Assembly: GCA_965153455.1 (NCBI GenBank) | Contig: OZ234493.1 | Span: 18,962,213-19,026,212, forward strand | Length of the DNA: 64,000 bases | Source: Sphagnum compactum | Lineage: Eukaryota | Reading direction: 5' to 3' | In this document: one piece after another, positions 27,816-39,000 of the stretch | Layout: every line of letters starts with the position of its first letter | How positions within the stretch are numbered: the stretch's first letter is position 1 | Made by a program: the position numbers and the translations under genes | The notes under the pieces: generated by a model | What the model was told of the DNA's origin: nothing | Seen by the model: the letters and a program-made list of their open reading frames with translations, nothing else | Database searches by the model: none

Positions 27816-30800
27816 TTGAGGGATGCTGCATGCATGAAGGTCAAGTTTGCCTTCTTCACGTATAAAGGATACAAAGCAGCAGTGGCAAACAAAAGAGACA
27901 AGTCCACCAAGCAGCAATTAGCAGTGGGAATCAGGGTGGCAGCAGCAGAGGAGTCTGATGCAGCAGCAGCATCAGTCTCTTCAGATGGATCAATCTCTCC
28001 ATTGTCAGAAGATCAATGCAATGATGGCTTCTCTGGTTCCATCTCCCCATTGTCAGAAGATCCATGCCATGGCGGCTTCTCTGGTTCAATCTCTCCATTG
28101 TCAGAAGAAGAAGATTCATGCAATGATGGTTTCTCTGGCGATAAGGAAGCTGACATTACAACACAAAGTAGATTCAAGCTTGCCACTGGGGAGTTGACTT
28201 ACTTCAGACCAGAGTTGTTGAGTGTTGTCATTCAGTCCAATACACTTGAGCAATCGGTATCCACAAGAGCAAGCATCTGTAGCAAGTGTGCACAATTCTC
28301 TGACAGTGTACGAGATCCAAATGGATTAATTGATTCAGCAGCAGCAGCTCAATGTTCTGACAGCAATTGCACAAATCCACATGTGGCTCCAAGACCTGAA
28401 GGAATTGCAGATGCATGTGATCATCATCATCCCTCTACATCTGGTGATGAGGAGGAGGCTCTTGTGAAATCTGAAGCCCAGAAGAGGGTTCTGCATGAGC
28501 TGCCGCCGCCCTCTTCTTCTCTTCATCATGGAATTGTTTGTGATGCACCTGAGGAGGAGGAGGAGGATAGGGGAAATGGTAGTTCTAAGGATGTGGAAGA
28601 GCGTCGTAAGAGTTTAGTAAGTGCTGCAAGAGCATCAAATGCTCTGAAAATGAAATGGGGAGACTTGGATTATGAAGATGTGGAACAGATGCAACTTCCT
28701 GGAAATGCACATGACGAGTTCGATAATTTGCCAACTAATACTTCAGGACAAGATGTGAAGCAAGAAGAAGTATACATGATCACAACTGCAGATGATGATG
28801 AAGAAGATTCTGAAGAAAATTTCTCTTTAAAGGAAAATGATGCAGTGGGATATAATTCTCAAGCAGAACTTGCTCTACTGTCACTACTACACTGGCGAGA
28901 TTCTCAGAAACTTTTGTTAACAGCAAATGCAGAAAAGTCACAGGTCCAGGGTATAACCTCCCTGCTTGCACATGGTCATGATGGTCACAAGTTCACATTG
29001 TTGCACAATGATGCAACAGCGGAGGAGGATGAGAGATCTACTGGTTTGAGTGAGGTCAGGATGGCCACAGATTTAGATAACACAAACAACAAGAAAGGTG
29101 TGAAACAACCTTCAGGAGCACTGAAACTTGACAATGAAGATGTGTCAGGATCACTTGCAGTGTTGGCTGAAGTTGCTTATGTCATGGCTCCTCAAAATCA
29201 AGCAAACGGAGGGGCAGCAGCAGCAGCAGAAACAACTAGAAGAGGTGAACGTGCCATGAAACAAGAAGATGATAGTGCAGAAAACACCACCATATATCTC
29301 CCTGTCTCCAGTGGTTTATGTACATCTCAAGCAGGTAACACAAGCATGATGCTGGAGCATGCATCAGAGTCAGAATACACACCAAAATCCTCATCTGCTT
29401 TTCAAGCCACCAACTCTAGTTTAGCAGCTCATGGCTTTGATGATCGCTTGATGCACAATGCCATGGAGAAGAAGAAGAAGAAGGGTTATGCTTCTTTGGT
29501 GATAACTAATGTCAAAGCTTTGGAAGATGGGGCTGGAGAGGATATGGACTTGTGCAATCCTGATGAAGTCATACTCACATCGGATCTGTTGGAGACTACT
29601 ACCTCTTCTGAAGGTTTAAGGGTGGGAACTGCTGCTTTGGAAAGGGGTGATGGTGCTTCAGTGAAAAGTGCAGATCAAGGGCAGCTGACAGATGCTGGAA
29701 TGATTACAAATTCTATCAAATTGGAAAAATGTGATGATGGCAGTAAGCTACCATCAAGATTGTTACATAGTGATGATGATGATGAAATTGTCTTCTGGGG
29801 TTGCTACCCTGCTCTTGTTGATGCTCCAAGATAAAGATGATGAATTGATGATGTGCATGAATCATCATGAATCTACATGTGCTGATGAATTGATGAATCA
29901 TCATGAATCTACATATTTGCTGTTGATTACGTGCATATGGATTGCATATACTACCATAGTTTTCTTGGTGTGTTTTTTTAATGTTTTTACAGTGGATTTG
30001 TTGCTGCTCTGATGCAGGACAATGCAAGGGACGGTTTCACCAGAGATTGTGGTTCTACCTATTTGAGAATATGAACAGGGCAATTGACGAGCTTTACTTT
30101 CTTTGCGAGCTGGAGTCAGATCTCAACCAGATGAAGGAGGTCCTTCTTATCCTTGATGAAGCTGGTGTTGAGTTCAAAGACCTCCAAATGCGGGTTGATG
30201 CTTTTGACAGAATCACAAAAGCTTCATGTCTTCCCCAGTACCCCATAATTTCTGCACCAGTTACCAGCAGCAGCAGCAGCAGCAGCAGCTCAATCTCTAC
30301 AAATGATCAGAACTGTTGTCGCCCTGCAAATGCTTGGGAGGTGAGCAGCCCCACTCTCATCTGCTTCTACATTACATCTTGTCTGCATCAGATTGCTTGA
30401 CCCTGTGATGATGATGATCATCCTCTAGGCATGAAACTGCAATGCAACATTCTGTTTTGGCTTCTAACAAAAATCATGTGGCTTTTTGCTTATTGCAGGT
30501 ACAGCGTATGGCTGCAACATCTCAATACCATGCCAATACACTTTCCTCTTCTCTGGAAGCTCTCAAGAAACCACAAAGGAGTGATCCACAAGTCCATAGA
30601 CTACAAGGTAGACAAAGAGACTATCTCCTGTGTCCTTTCTATTGAGCATGATCATCCCAAACAAGATTTGTCTTCATAAATTCCTGATACAACTGAGAGA
30701 GTTATCTGTCGGTGCATAGTATGAAAGTAGTATCATCTCTGAATTGAGAGAGAACCTCCACAGTACCATCTCTGAATCAAGAGAAATGAACCTCCATCTT

Positions 30801-32150
30801 CTCTCACTACCAGTCAGAGAATCTGTTGTCTCTTTCTGTTGATGCTTCCTCAAGGTCTGAAGGGGATTGATTCTTCTTCAATTGCTTGCACAAATCTTCT
30901 CTGCAATCCAAACTCCAAACATCCTTCATCAGTGTTCAAGGTATTCCTGGCTCCTCTCAATGCAGATAGACGACGTTTTGACTCCATTGGATTCAACAAC
31001 ACAGAAGATGTTGCTGCAGCTGGCTCTGAATTGGTCACGTATCGTAGGACATCATCAGCACGAGCCTCTCCTCAAAGAAAAGAAGCCTGGCAGAAGAAGG
31101 GAGGAGGTTGTATCAAGGATGAGATGCTGATTATCAACAAGAATACTACTACTAACTCTGTGGCTGGTAAAAGGTGCACAACATCCAGTGCATCCCAAAT
31201 TGAGGTAGGATTCATGAGGCCAACAGCATCAAGTGGACAGCGAGTTGCATCACGAGAGAGGGAGCAAAATTTGGTTGGCAGCAAGTCTCATTCAATGGAA
31301 GCTTGGAAATTGGAGAAGCGAAATTCAGAGCTGGCGGCAGCAATAATTATTTCCACCTCAGACTGTCCTCCTCCTCTCACTATTGCAGCAGCAGCACAAG
31401 GATCCTTGGAGTCTGTTGGATGCTCTGGTCGAAAGAGAACAGAATGTGTGTGTCTCCTCCATGACAAGCTCATGTCACCTGAAAGGAAGAAAAAAACTTC
31501 TCCAACTGAGACAAAGAACAAGCAATCTGAGGATAAGGAAGCTGCTCAAAGTGTGATGTCCCAATTACACAAGGAGCTTCATGAGATGGACAGAGTTCTG
31601 TTTCTGCAACAAACTACAGAGAAGCTCAGTTGTGTAAGCAAGTGGCAAGCTGTATGAAAGAAAAGAATGGACATCACGGCAGCGCTTGCAACTCGGATAG
31701 TCATGAAATTGGAGCTGATCTTGCTCAGATTTCTGCAAGAAAAAAACAAGTGAAAGAATGTGTGCATGGCGGCACAACTTGGGTAGTCATGAAATGAGCT
31801 GATCTTGCTCAGTTTTCTGCGACAAAACCATGAGTGAAATGATGTGTGCATGGCATGGCAACTTGGGGAGTCATGAAATGGAGCTGGCCTTGCTCAGATA
31901 TCTGCAAGAAAAGAACAAGTGAAAGAAAATGTGCACGGTGGCACAACTTGAGGAGTCATGAAATGGAGGCTTGCTCAGATTTCTACAATAGAAACAATTG
32001 AAAGAATGTGTTCATGGTGCAACTTGGGTAGTCATGAAAAGGGGCTGATCTTGCTCAGATTTCTGCAGGAAGGTGAGAAAGTGATGACAGTTCTAAAATC
32101 AGTGACTGCAGTTCATAAACCTTCTTCACATGAGGAGAAACAAAAGTCTT
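27816..32150 (+). pseudogene. SCAPER-like gene (S-phase cyclin A-associated protein), diverged and C-terminally disrupted
   Basis: A long low-complexity first exon, with a putative phase-1 intron at 29743-30017. SCAPER_N-like exon RFHQRLWFYLFENMNRAIDELYFLCELESDLNQMKEVLLILDEA, then NAWE|VQRM..LSSSLEALKK, LHDKLMSPERKKKT and QQTTEKLSCVSKWQAV*. After the stop the homology continues only in frameshifted, tandemly repeated form. The true start codon is uncertain. Confidence 0.7.
31655..32070 (+). repeat. ~85-90-bp tandem repeat x5 derived from SCAPER coding sequence
   Basis: Unit gaaagaatgtgtgcatggcggcacaacttgggtagtcatgaaatggagctgatcttgctcagatttctgcaagaaaa. Confidence 0.85.
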
Positions 32151-32442
32151 CTTCTATTATTGCAACTGAAGGAAGTTTTGCAATAGATGTGGTTTTGCAA
32201 CTGAAATTAGAAGCTAGAGAGTTTCTTTCAGATTTTCTGCATGACAGGCAGGTATTTCTCAAATTTTTTGGCAATTCCAAAAAGTAATCAATTAGTGCCT
32301 AATGAGGCTAGGTACTGCGGGTAGTCATCCAAGGGAGAAGCTGATCATGCAATACTTGTTGAAATTTCACATGTACATGTCATAATGTTGTTGCAAACAG
32401 AAGTTGCCATTCAGTTGTCGATAGTCCATAAATGAAACCTTC

Positions 32443-32703
32443 AAATGGAACTTTTGTAATTTGATCTCAAAGTTGCCAAACAAATGTTGATTTCAGTTTG
32501 AGCCTTGAAATGGAACTTTTGCAATTTGATCTCAAAGTTGCCAAACAAATGTTGATTTCGGTTTGAGCCTTGAAATGGAACTTTTGCAATTTGATCTCAA
32601 AGTTGCCAAAACAAATATTGATTTCAGTTTGAGCCTTGACATGGAACTTTTGCAATTTGATCTCAAAGTTGCCGAACAATGATGATTTCAGTTTGGGTTT
32701 GAC
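32443..32703. repeat. 65-bp tandem repeat x4
   Basis: Units start at 32443, 32508, 32573, 32639 (aaatggaacttttgcaatttgatctcaaagttgcc...). Confidence 0.92.
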
Positions 32704-32941
32704 CTCAGAGATCAAGCTAAAAGTGTTCAAATAAGTTCGCCTTGTGCCAAGTGTTCGTCTTCAGGGGTTTTCTTCCTGAGCTCTCTAGCATTAGATGCTT
32801 TTACGCATCTCCCTTCAACTGGCTTCTTCACAATTTTGCTTTTCTCTCAAGCTCTTCTTCTCACAGATCAGAACACATTTTGTCGTTTGAAGCTCTGAAT
32901 TATAGGTACATTTTGTTGATGGGACATTCTTCTCTTTCAAC

Positions 32942-33590
32942 CTGACAAGTCTGTTCTCACATTCTTCCCATCTAAATTCATTGCTCTTTCTTTCCTTTCC
33001 CTCTCTCTCTCTTGCTTAGGTGCCTGATTGATCAAATCTCAACATTCGATACGCCAGCAAGCCATCTCTCATAGCACAAGGTTTTGGAGGGCACTGGAAT
33101 TGTTGAAGGCAATGTGAGACAACATGACACCCACAATTGAGCAGCTGTGGATGCGTATGGTTTTGGGATGGTGTGTTATGAGTTACTCACTGGTTTCATT
33201 CCCTTTGAAGGGCCATCGCTTGTCAGACTACGAGCTGGTTTTGTCTGGAGGAAGACCAGAGCTTCCCGATTACTCGAGCCCTGAGATGACCCAATTTCTG
33301 CACAAGTGCTGGCACATGATCCTGCCAATGGCCTAGCTGGGGCGAGATCATTGAAATCCTACCAGCAGAAGGCCGTAGATCTCTGACATCCTAGATGTAG
33401 AATTGGGTATTCTTAATAATAATGCTGCTGGGTATCACTACATCTGGCAAACCAGCAAGCAAAGAGAGGGAATTATGAGAGAGATTTTTATTGTTAAGGG
33501 AGGGGATTGTGGAGGCACACTTTGGTCACTAAGGTGGTGACTAAGGGCCAACAGATTTCTGGCATGATGGAGAGAGGATCACATCTATTT
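32942..33590 (+). pseudogene. Truncated tandem duplicate of the downstream kinase locus
   Basis: 32942-33075 matches 34459-34630 (upstream region). 33075-33590 matches about 35758-36275 (kinase C-terminus YELVLSGGRPELPDY plus 3' region), with stops and frameshifts. Confidence 0.9.
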
Positions 33591-33936
33591 TTGTATGTTG
33601 TTGGTAATGAGCCTGCTGCTTGGTTATATATATGACTTCTGGACATTTGGTGGAAAATGTATAATGGGAATGCACATATGGGCAAGAGGCTAACTTCAAA
33701 TGTGTTGTGATGAAGCAGTTTGCATGTGCTGTATCACCACAATTGATTTTGGAGGTTTTCAATTGAAGTATAGAGGGGATAATTGAAGTATTTGTTTTTC
33801 ATATGTGGTTATATCTTGTTTATAGCTAGATTTGGCTAAATCTCTTGGAGGGATGAACACTCCAATTTTTCTACATCTTTGTAAGTTTTTCTATTTTCCT
33901 CTATGAAATGTAATGTAGCCAAATTTTGACTTAGTA

Positions 33937-34281
33937 GGCCAACTTTAGATGGAGGTCCAAGGGTCCAAATTGGACCCTTGGACTCTTTTGAAGCAAAATT
34001 GAATCCTTTGAGTTGCACCCTTGCCTTGGACTCTAGCTTGCATCTTGGTTCATCAAATCATGAGCTCTCCTTTTTTTAGCTCTTGTTTTTTTTATTGGTT
34101 TGAACCAATTGATTTTCCCTCCAAAGTGATGGTACCATGTAGATTTAGCCTGGATTTGCCACTTACTTGGTCTTGGACCCCCTCATCTAAAGGCCCATGA
34201 GTCCAATTTTATGGCTCTCATCCAATAAGATTGCTCTATTTGATTGGACCCTAGACCTTGGATCCTCATCTAAAGTGGCCC
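33937..34281. mobile_element. PIF/Harbinger (Tourist-like) MITE, copy 1
   Basis: TIRs ggccaactttagatggaggtccaagg and ccttggatcctcatctaaagtggccc followed by taa. It is homologous along its length to 49605-49930. Confidence 0.75.
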
Positions 34282-34518
34282 TAAGATTAAGTACTCTTGT
34301 GGATGATCGATCACCAGGCCGCCTACCTCACAAAAAAAAAGCAAAACCCTAACTTGGGCTACTACATTGGGTTCTTCCCATTGATTGAAGACCACAGCAA
34401 ATTAGGGCACTTTATTAAGTGCGTTTTGTTGATGAGAATGAGCTTCATCTCTTTCTAGCTGACAAGTCTTGTTCTCGCATTCTTGCCATTTAAATTTCAT
34501 GTCTTTTCTTTCCTTTCC

Positions 34519-34554
<36 letters not shown>

Positions 34555-34644
34555 TCTCTCGCTTATGTGCCCTGATTGATTAAATCTAAAACATTTCCTA
34601 AGTCACCAAGCCTTGATCATCTCTCGTAGCCTTTGATTTCAATC

Positions 34645-36081
34645 ATGGGCACATGTTTTTGCAAATGTTCGAAGCCCGGCAGCAGCTCCTCCACGCGGGA
34701 ACTGAACAAAGACACGCTTACTACACCAACGATGCAGAGTGCACGCTACGAATCAGCAAGCCCAGAGTTGGCGACTGGAGAGAATATGGCCACCTCAGTA
34801 GTAACAACAGATCAGCATCAGACGTACTATGGATCAGCAGTTGTGGAGCTTTCCAGTGAGCTTCAGCTGGAGGATCCAATGCTAATAGAACCGAAGCAAT
34901 GCGGATCCGTGCTTGTGGAGCTTTCGAGTGAGGTTCAGCTGGAGGATCATCCAATGCAGCTAACAGAACATGCCTACTACGGTTCCCCGCCTGAGGAGCT
35001 TTCGAGTGAGGTTCAGCCGGAGGATCCAATGCAACTAACAGAACAGACATGCTACGGGTCTGCCCCTGAGTACCTTTGGAGTGAGCTTCAGGTCGAGGAG
35101 GATGCGGAGACTGTAGACTACGAAAGTTTTGATCAGGTGCTGCAAATAGATCCGTCAGAACTTGAATTAGTAGAGGAAATTGCACAAGGTGGGCAAGCAC
35201 ATGTTTACTTAGCTAAATGGAAGACGCGGGGTGGTCGAGAGGTGGTGGTGAAAACATACAAAGGCCGTGCAGTTGATGTGGTGCAATTGCGTAGGCGATT
35301 GGCGAAGGCCCATAAAAACCCAGCTTACTCTTTGGGAATTTGCGAGTTGTTTGGATACTCAGAGGATAATACCACCGGCGAGGTTTCGGTAGTCATGGAA
35401 GCGATGAGAGGAGATTTGCGAAACCTCATCGACTTGAGAGTGCGATACCTCAAATCTCGGATGCGCAACAACACGACGATGAAGAAGAAGAGGGATGAGC
35501 AGATGGGGATGATAACGATGATGCCTTTTCCGAAGGAATTGACATTGGATATGATGCGACGTATTGCTTACGGGGTGGAATGGTTGCATAGTCGTGGATT
35601 GATACACAAAGACCTCAAGGCCTCCAACATCTTTGTGTCGCCCCATGACTCAAAACAGGGCTTCATCACTAGTAGAAACGTCAAATTGAAGCGAGATTTG
35701 GCCTACGATCATATTTGGGTGTCAGTCGGGGACTACGAGAGCTCCAACGGCGTAGTGGGCACAGCATTTTGGAGGGCACCGGAAGTGTTGAAGGCGCTTC
35801 GAGACAACATCACACCCACATATTCAGTAGCTGTGGATGTGTATGGTTTCGGGATGGTGTGTTATGAGTTACTCACTGGTCTCATTCCCTTTCAAGGCCA
35901 TAGCTTGTCAGACTACGAGCTGGTTTTGTCTGGAGGAAGACCAGAGCTTCCTGATTACTTGAGCCCTGAGATCACCCAATTACTACACAACTGTTGGCAC
36001 GTGGATCCTTGCCAACGGCCTGGGTGGGGTGAGATCATTGAAATCCTACACGCAGAATGGCGGAGATCTCTGACCTCCTAG
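34645..36081 (+). CDS. Intronless Raf-like/TKL protein kinase with predicted N-myristoylation/S-acylation and four ~25-aa acidic repeats
   Basis: N-terminus MGTCFCKCS. Kinase motifs IAQGGQAHVY, VVVK, IHKDLKASNI, GDYE at the DFG position, GTAFWRAPEV, DVYGFGMVCYELLTG, CWHVDPCQRP. Repeats of the type YYGSxxxELSSEvQxEDPM. Confidence 0.88.
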   Translation: MGTCFCKCSKPGSSSSTRELNKDTLTTPTMQSARYESASPELATGENMATSVVTTDQHQTYYGSAVVELSSELQLEDPMLIEPKQCGSVLVELSSEVQLEDHPMQLTEHAYYGSPPEELSSEVQPEDPMQLTEQTCYGSAPEYLWSELQVEEDAETVDYESFDQVLQIDPSELELVEEIAQGGQAHVYLAKWKTRGGREVVVKTYKGRAVDVVQLRRRLAKAHKNPAYSLGICELFGYSEDNTTGEVSVVMEAMRGDLRNLIDLRVRYLKSRMRNNTTMKKKRDEQMGMITMMPFPKELTLDMMRRIAYGVEWLHSRGLIHKDLKASNIFVSPHDSKQGFITSRNVKLKRDLAYDHIWVSVGDYESSNGVVGTAFWRAPEVLKALRDNITPTYSVAVDVYGFGMVCYELLTGLIPFQGHSLSDYELVLSGGRPELPDYLSPEITQLLHNCWHVDPCQRPGWGEIIEILHAEWRRSLTS

Positions 36082-39000
36082 ATGCAGAATTGGGTATTCT
36101 GAATAATAATGCTGCTGGGTATTACATCTCGCAAACTGGGAAGCGAAGAGAGGGATTATGTTGATGTGCAGATTTTATTTTTCTTAAAGGAGGGGATTGT
36201 GGAGGCATGCTTGGTCACTGAGGTGCAGACTAAGGGCTTGCAGATTTCTGGCATGACGGGGAGAGAATCACATGTCTTCAATCAACTTTCGTCTGGAAAA
36301 ACAAGGTCAAGAAGGTAGGTCATGCAAGTATAGTGCAATCCTGGTGGCAGGCAGCTACACTGTTATTTTCTATGTTGTCACTTTGTATGTAACATACGTA
36401 CAGCATGAGGTTTGTCTTGTGCCCTTGTTTGCATTGGGCTTCTTTTGCTGAGTTACCTGTACAGTAGCAGTTTATTTAAGGCAGTCATCATTCACCCCCC
36501 ATCTTTCCAAGCACTGTGGAGGATGATCAGGAATTCATGCATCTCTTACATGTGTTTTGGGGTGGCTTCACCTTTGTGTGATTGCATGTAGTAGAAGGAA
36601 CTAACCCTCAGTTCACTCACTGTTCAGGTTACAGCTGGAGATAGAAATAGAAACAATCAAGTTTTGGGGTTGACAAGAGTCTTCAGAGAAAGCACTTAGG
36701 TTTGAGGGATGTACCTTTGATGAAGAGCCACCAACAAGAGCCTGGGTTGATGGCCCTTTTAGCAGGGTTTTTTTTCTTGTAATTGTAGGCAAAAACCCTG
36801 GTTCATTTGTCATCTGAGCTAATGAATTCATTTGGTGAATGAGCCATGTGTCATTCAATGAGCCATGTGTTAGTGACTGGCAAAGTTATCAGGTTCCAGA
36901 TCTGAGATCTGATGCTGTTTGCAACACAATTGAAACTGCTGTGTTGAGACAGGGTTTGGCTGTATGTGTGGCAGGTGCATCACACATAAAGGATGTGAAA
37001 GTGACCCAAGTTCCTCACAAGGTGATGCTGAAGTGGTTGCAGAAAGTACTGCCCCAGGTGACAATTGTGATGGTGTGCCCTGTCCAATGTTCTTGCCAGA
37101 CCAGCCTTTTCCAAATGAAGGATTTGTTGACAATTGAAACTCTAATTGGAACCCAGAAGAGTGTTGATGACATGGATATGAGCCATTTTGAAGCTTTTGC
37201 ACCACCAGTTCCCACATCATGATTAACAACGATGATGGTGATGGCCAGAGAATGGGACCAGACATTGTATGTTAGTCTCTGACCTTAGTTGTGTTGAAGA
37301 GTGGGTGAGCAGCAGAGACTCTGCTATCATAGCTTTTGATGAAGATATAGAGAATGACAGAGAGAGGCATTCAGAGAGCCAGGTTAACCCACAACACCTG
37401 CATCAGCCTTTTTCAGCTAGAGAGTTCAGTCTGCTCCTTAACTGACCACTGATGGGGATGGATCCATAGTACACCATAATGACACATTTGTTGTGTGGCA
37501 ATGCTGAAAGGGCAGCTTGGATTGCTCTGTTTCATGGATCCTTTGTTCACAGTTGCATACGTTTCTGGAGTGGGGTTACAAATCATTCCTCCTCCTGCAT
37601 TGTACAGCAGTTTGAAGACCCTGAACCTCTCAGTGAACTATGTCAGTTCTTTTGATATGCAGTTTTTCTAGAAAAAGCTTGGAAGGTCTTGGCAGTGGAA
37701 GGACATCCTGGCATCTCACACCCGGAAGTTATCTACAACCAAGTATCTCAACAATTTATTCTTGAACTTCAGTCTGGAACTGCCTGCACACAATACCTTT
37801 GAACGGCTAGTAGATCCTAGCCACTAACCTGTGATTTGATTAAATATGGGGTGATGATGGGCATGATGTGATTAAATATGTTGCATTTTTCTTTCTTTTG
37901 GGGTCTGTTCATCAGGTTCGTATTGCTGGTTCTTTTGCAGTCCATATAGTACCAGGATTACTTCCATGAAGCCTGCACTCACTTGAGCTATTACACAACA
38001 TAATTACAGCAATTGAAGGCTTACAGGAGCTTACTTGATTGCACATACTTCACATTTCACATGATGGTGTTGAATGGACTGGGAATGGTTGTTGGTTTTT
38101 GTCTTCAACTACTATGTCCTATCATTGCTCAGATTGTGCCAGTCAAATATTGTATGCATGTCTTGTCAAGAAAGGATGACAGGAAGTAGGCAAAACAGCT
38201 CAAGCAGGCATGCCTTGGTGCTCCATGTGCTCCCTTCATCATCTCTTTGCTGTTCCATTTCTGCCCTCCTGAATGTTGTTGCCATACATGCCCATCTAAA
38301 ATACTGGAAATGCCACTATGTTTCTTCAAAACAAAATCAATGCCAACTTGACTTGAGAGAGGAAGTTTGCTTCTATTTCTTGTCAACAATCTTCTGCATT
38401 TGATCCACCACATTCCTCCCAGTTGTAGTGGTAACCCTGGGAATGGGTGTCTCCTAAATTGTAAAGCTTGAGCCTACTGCTGTATTTGGAGTGTCAAAAC
38501 ATGGGAGTGTTCAATCTGGGAGGAAGATTCTCTTCTTGTGGGAGTACGAAAGCTTCTGAGCCCGAGTGCGGTCCAAGAGATTTCTGAGTCTCAATGAGGA
38601 AGGTGTTGCAACCTCATTCAGGGTGTCCAGGGGTCTTTGAACTCAGGGGTTTGATGATTATTTTCTGACATCTAGATACAGTCTCAGTGCTAGGCTGCAG
38701 CAGACATCTATGTAATTGTTTCACTTGGCTCTCTTGCGTTTCCTACCATACTCCTGCAATTTTCCCAGGACTCTGAACATTCCCTGTAATGGTGGCAATT
38801 CCATCACAGCCATCTTGGATTATGGCTGCATTGTCCTCACCAGTCATAGAATTTTCAATTAGATTAGTGTGATTTGGGGTCAAAATTACACTTCGGTGGA
38901 ATTTCTAAGGCTTGATGGCCTGAATACTTGTAGATTTGTTTCTTAGAAGTATAAAATATTAACTTTGGTCCAAATTAGCTTAAGCACTTTGAAGTTGGGA

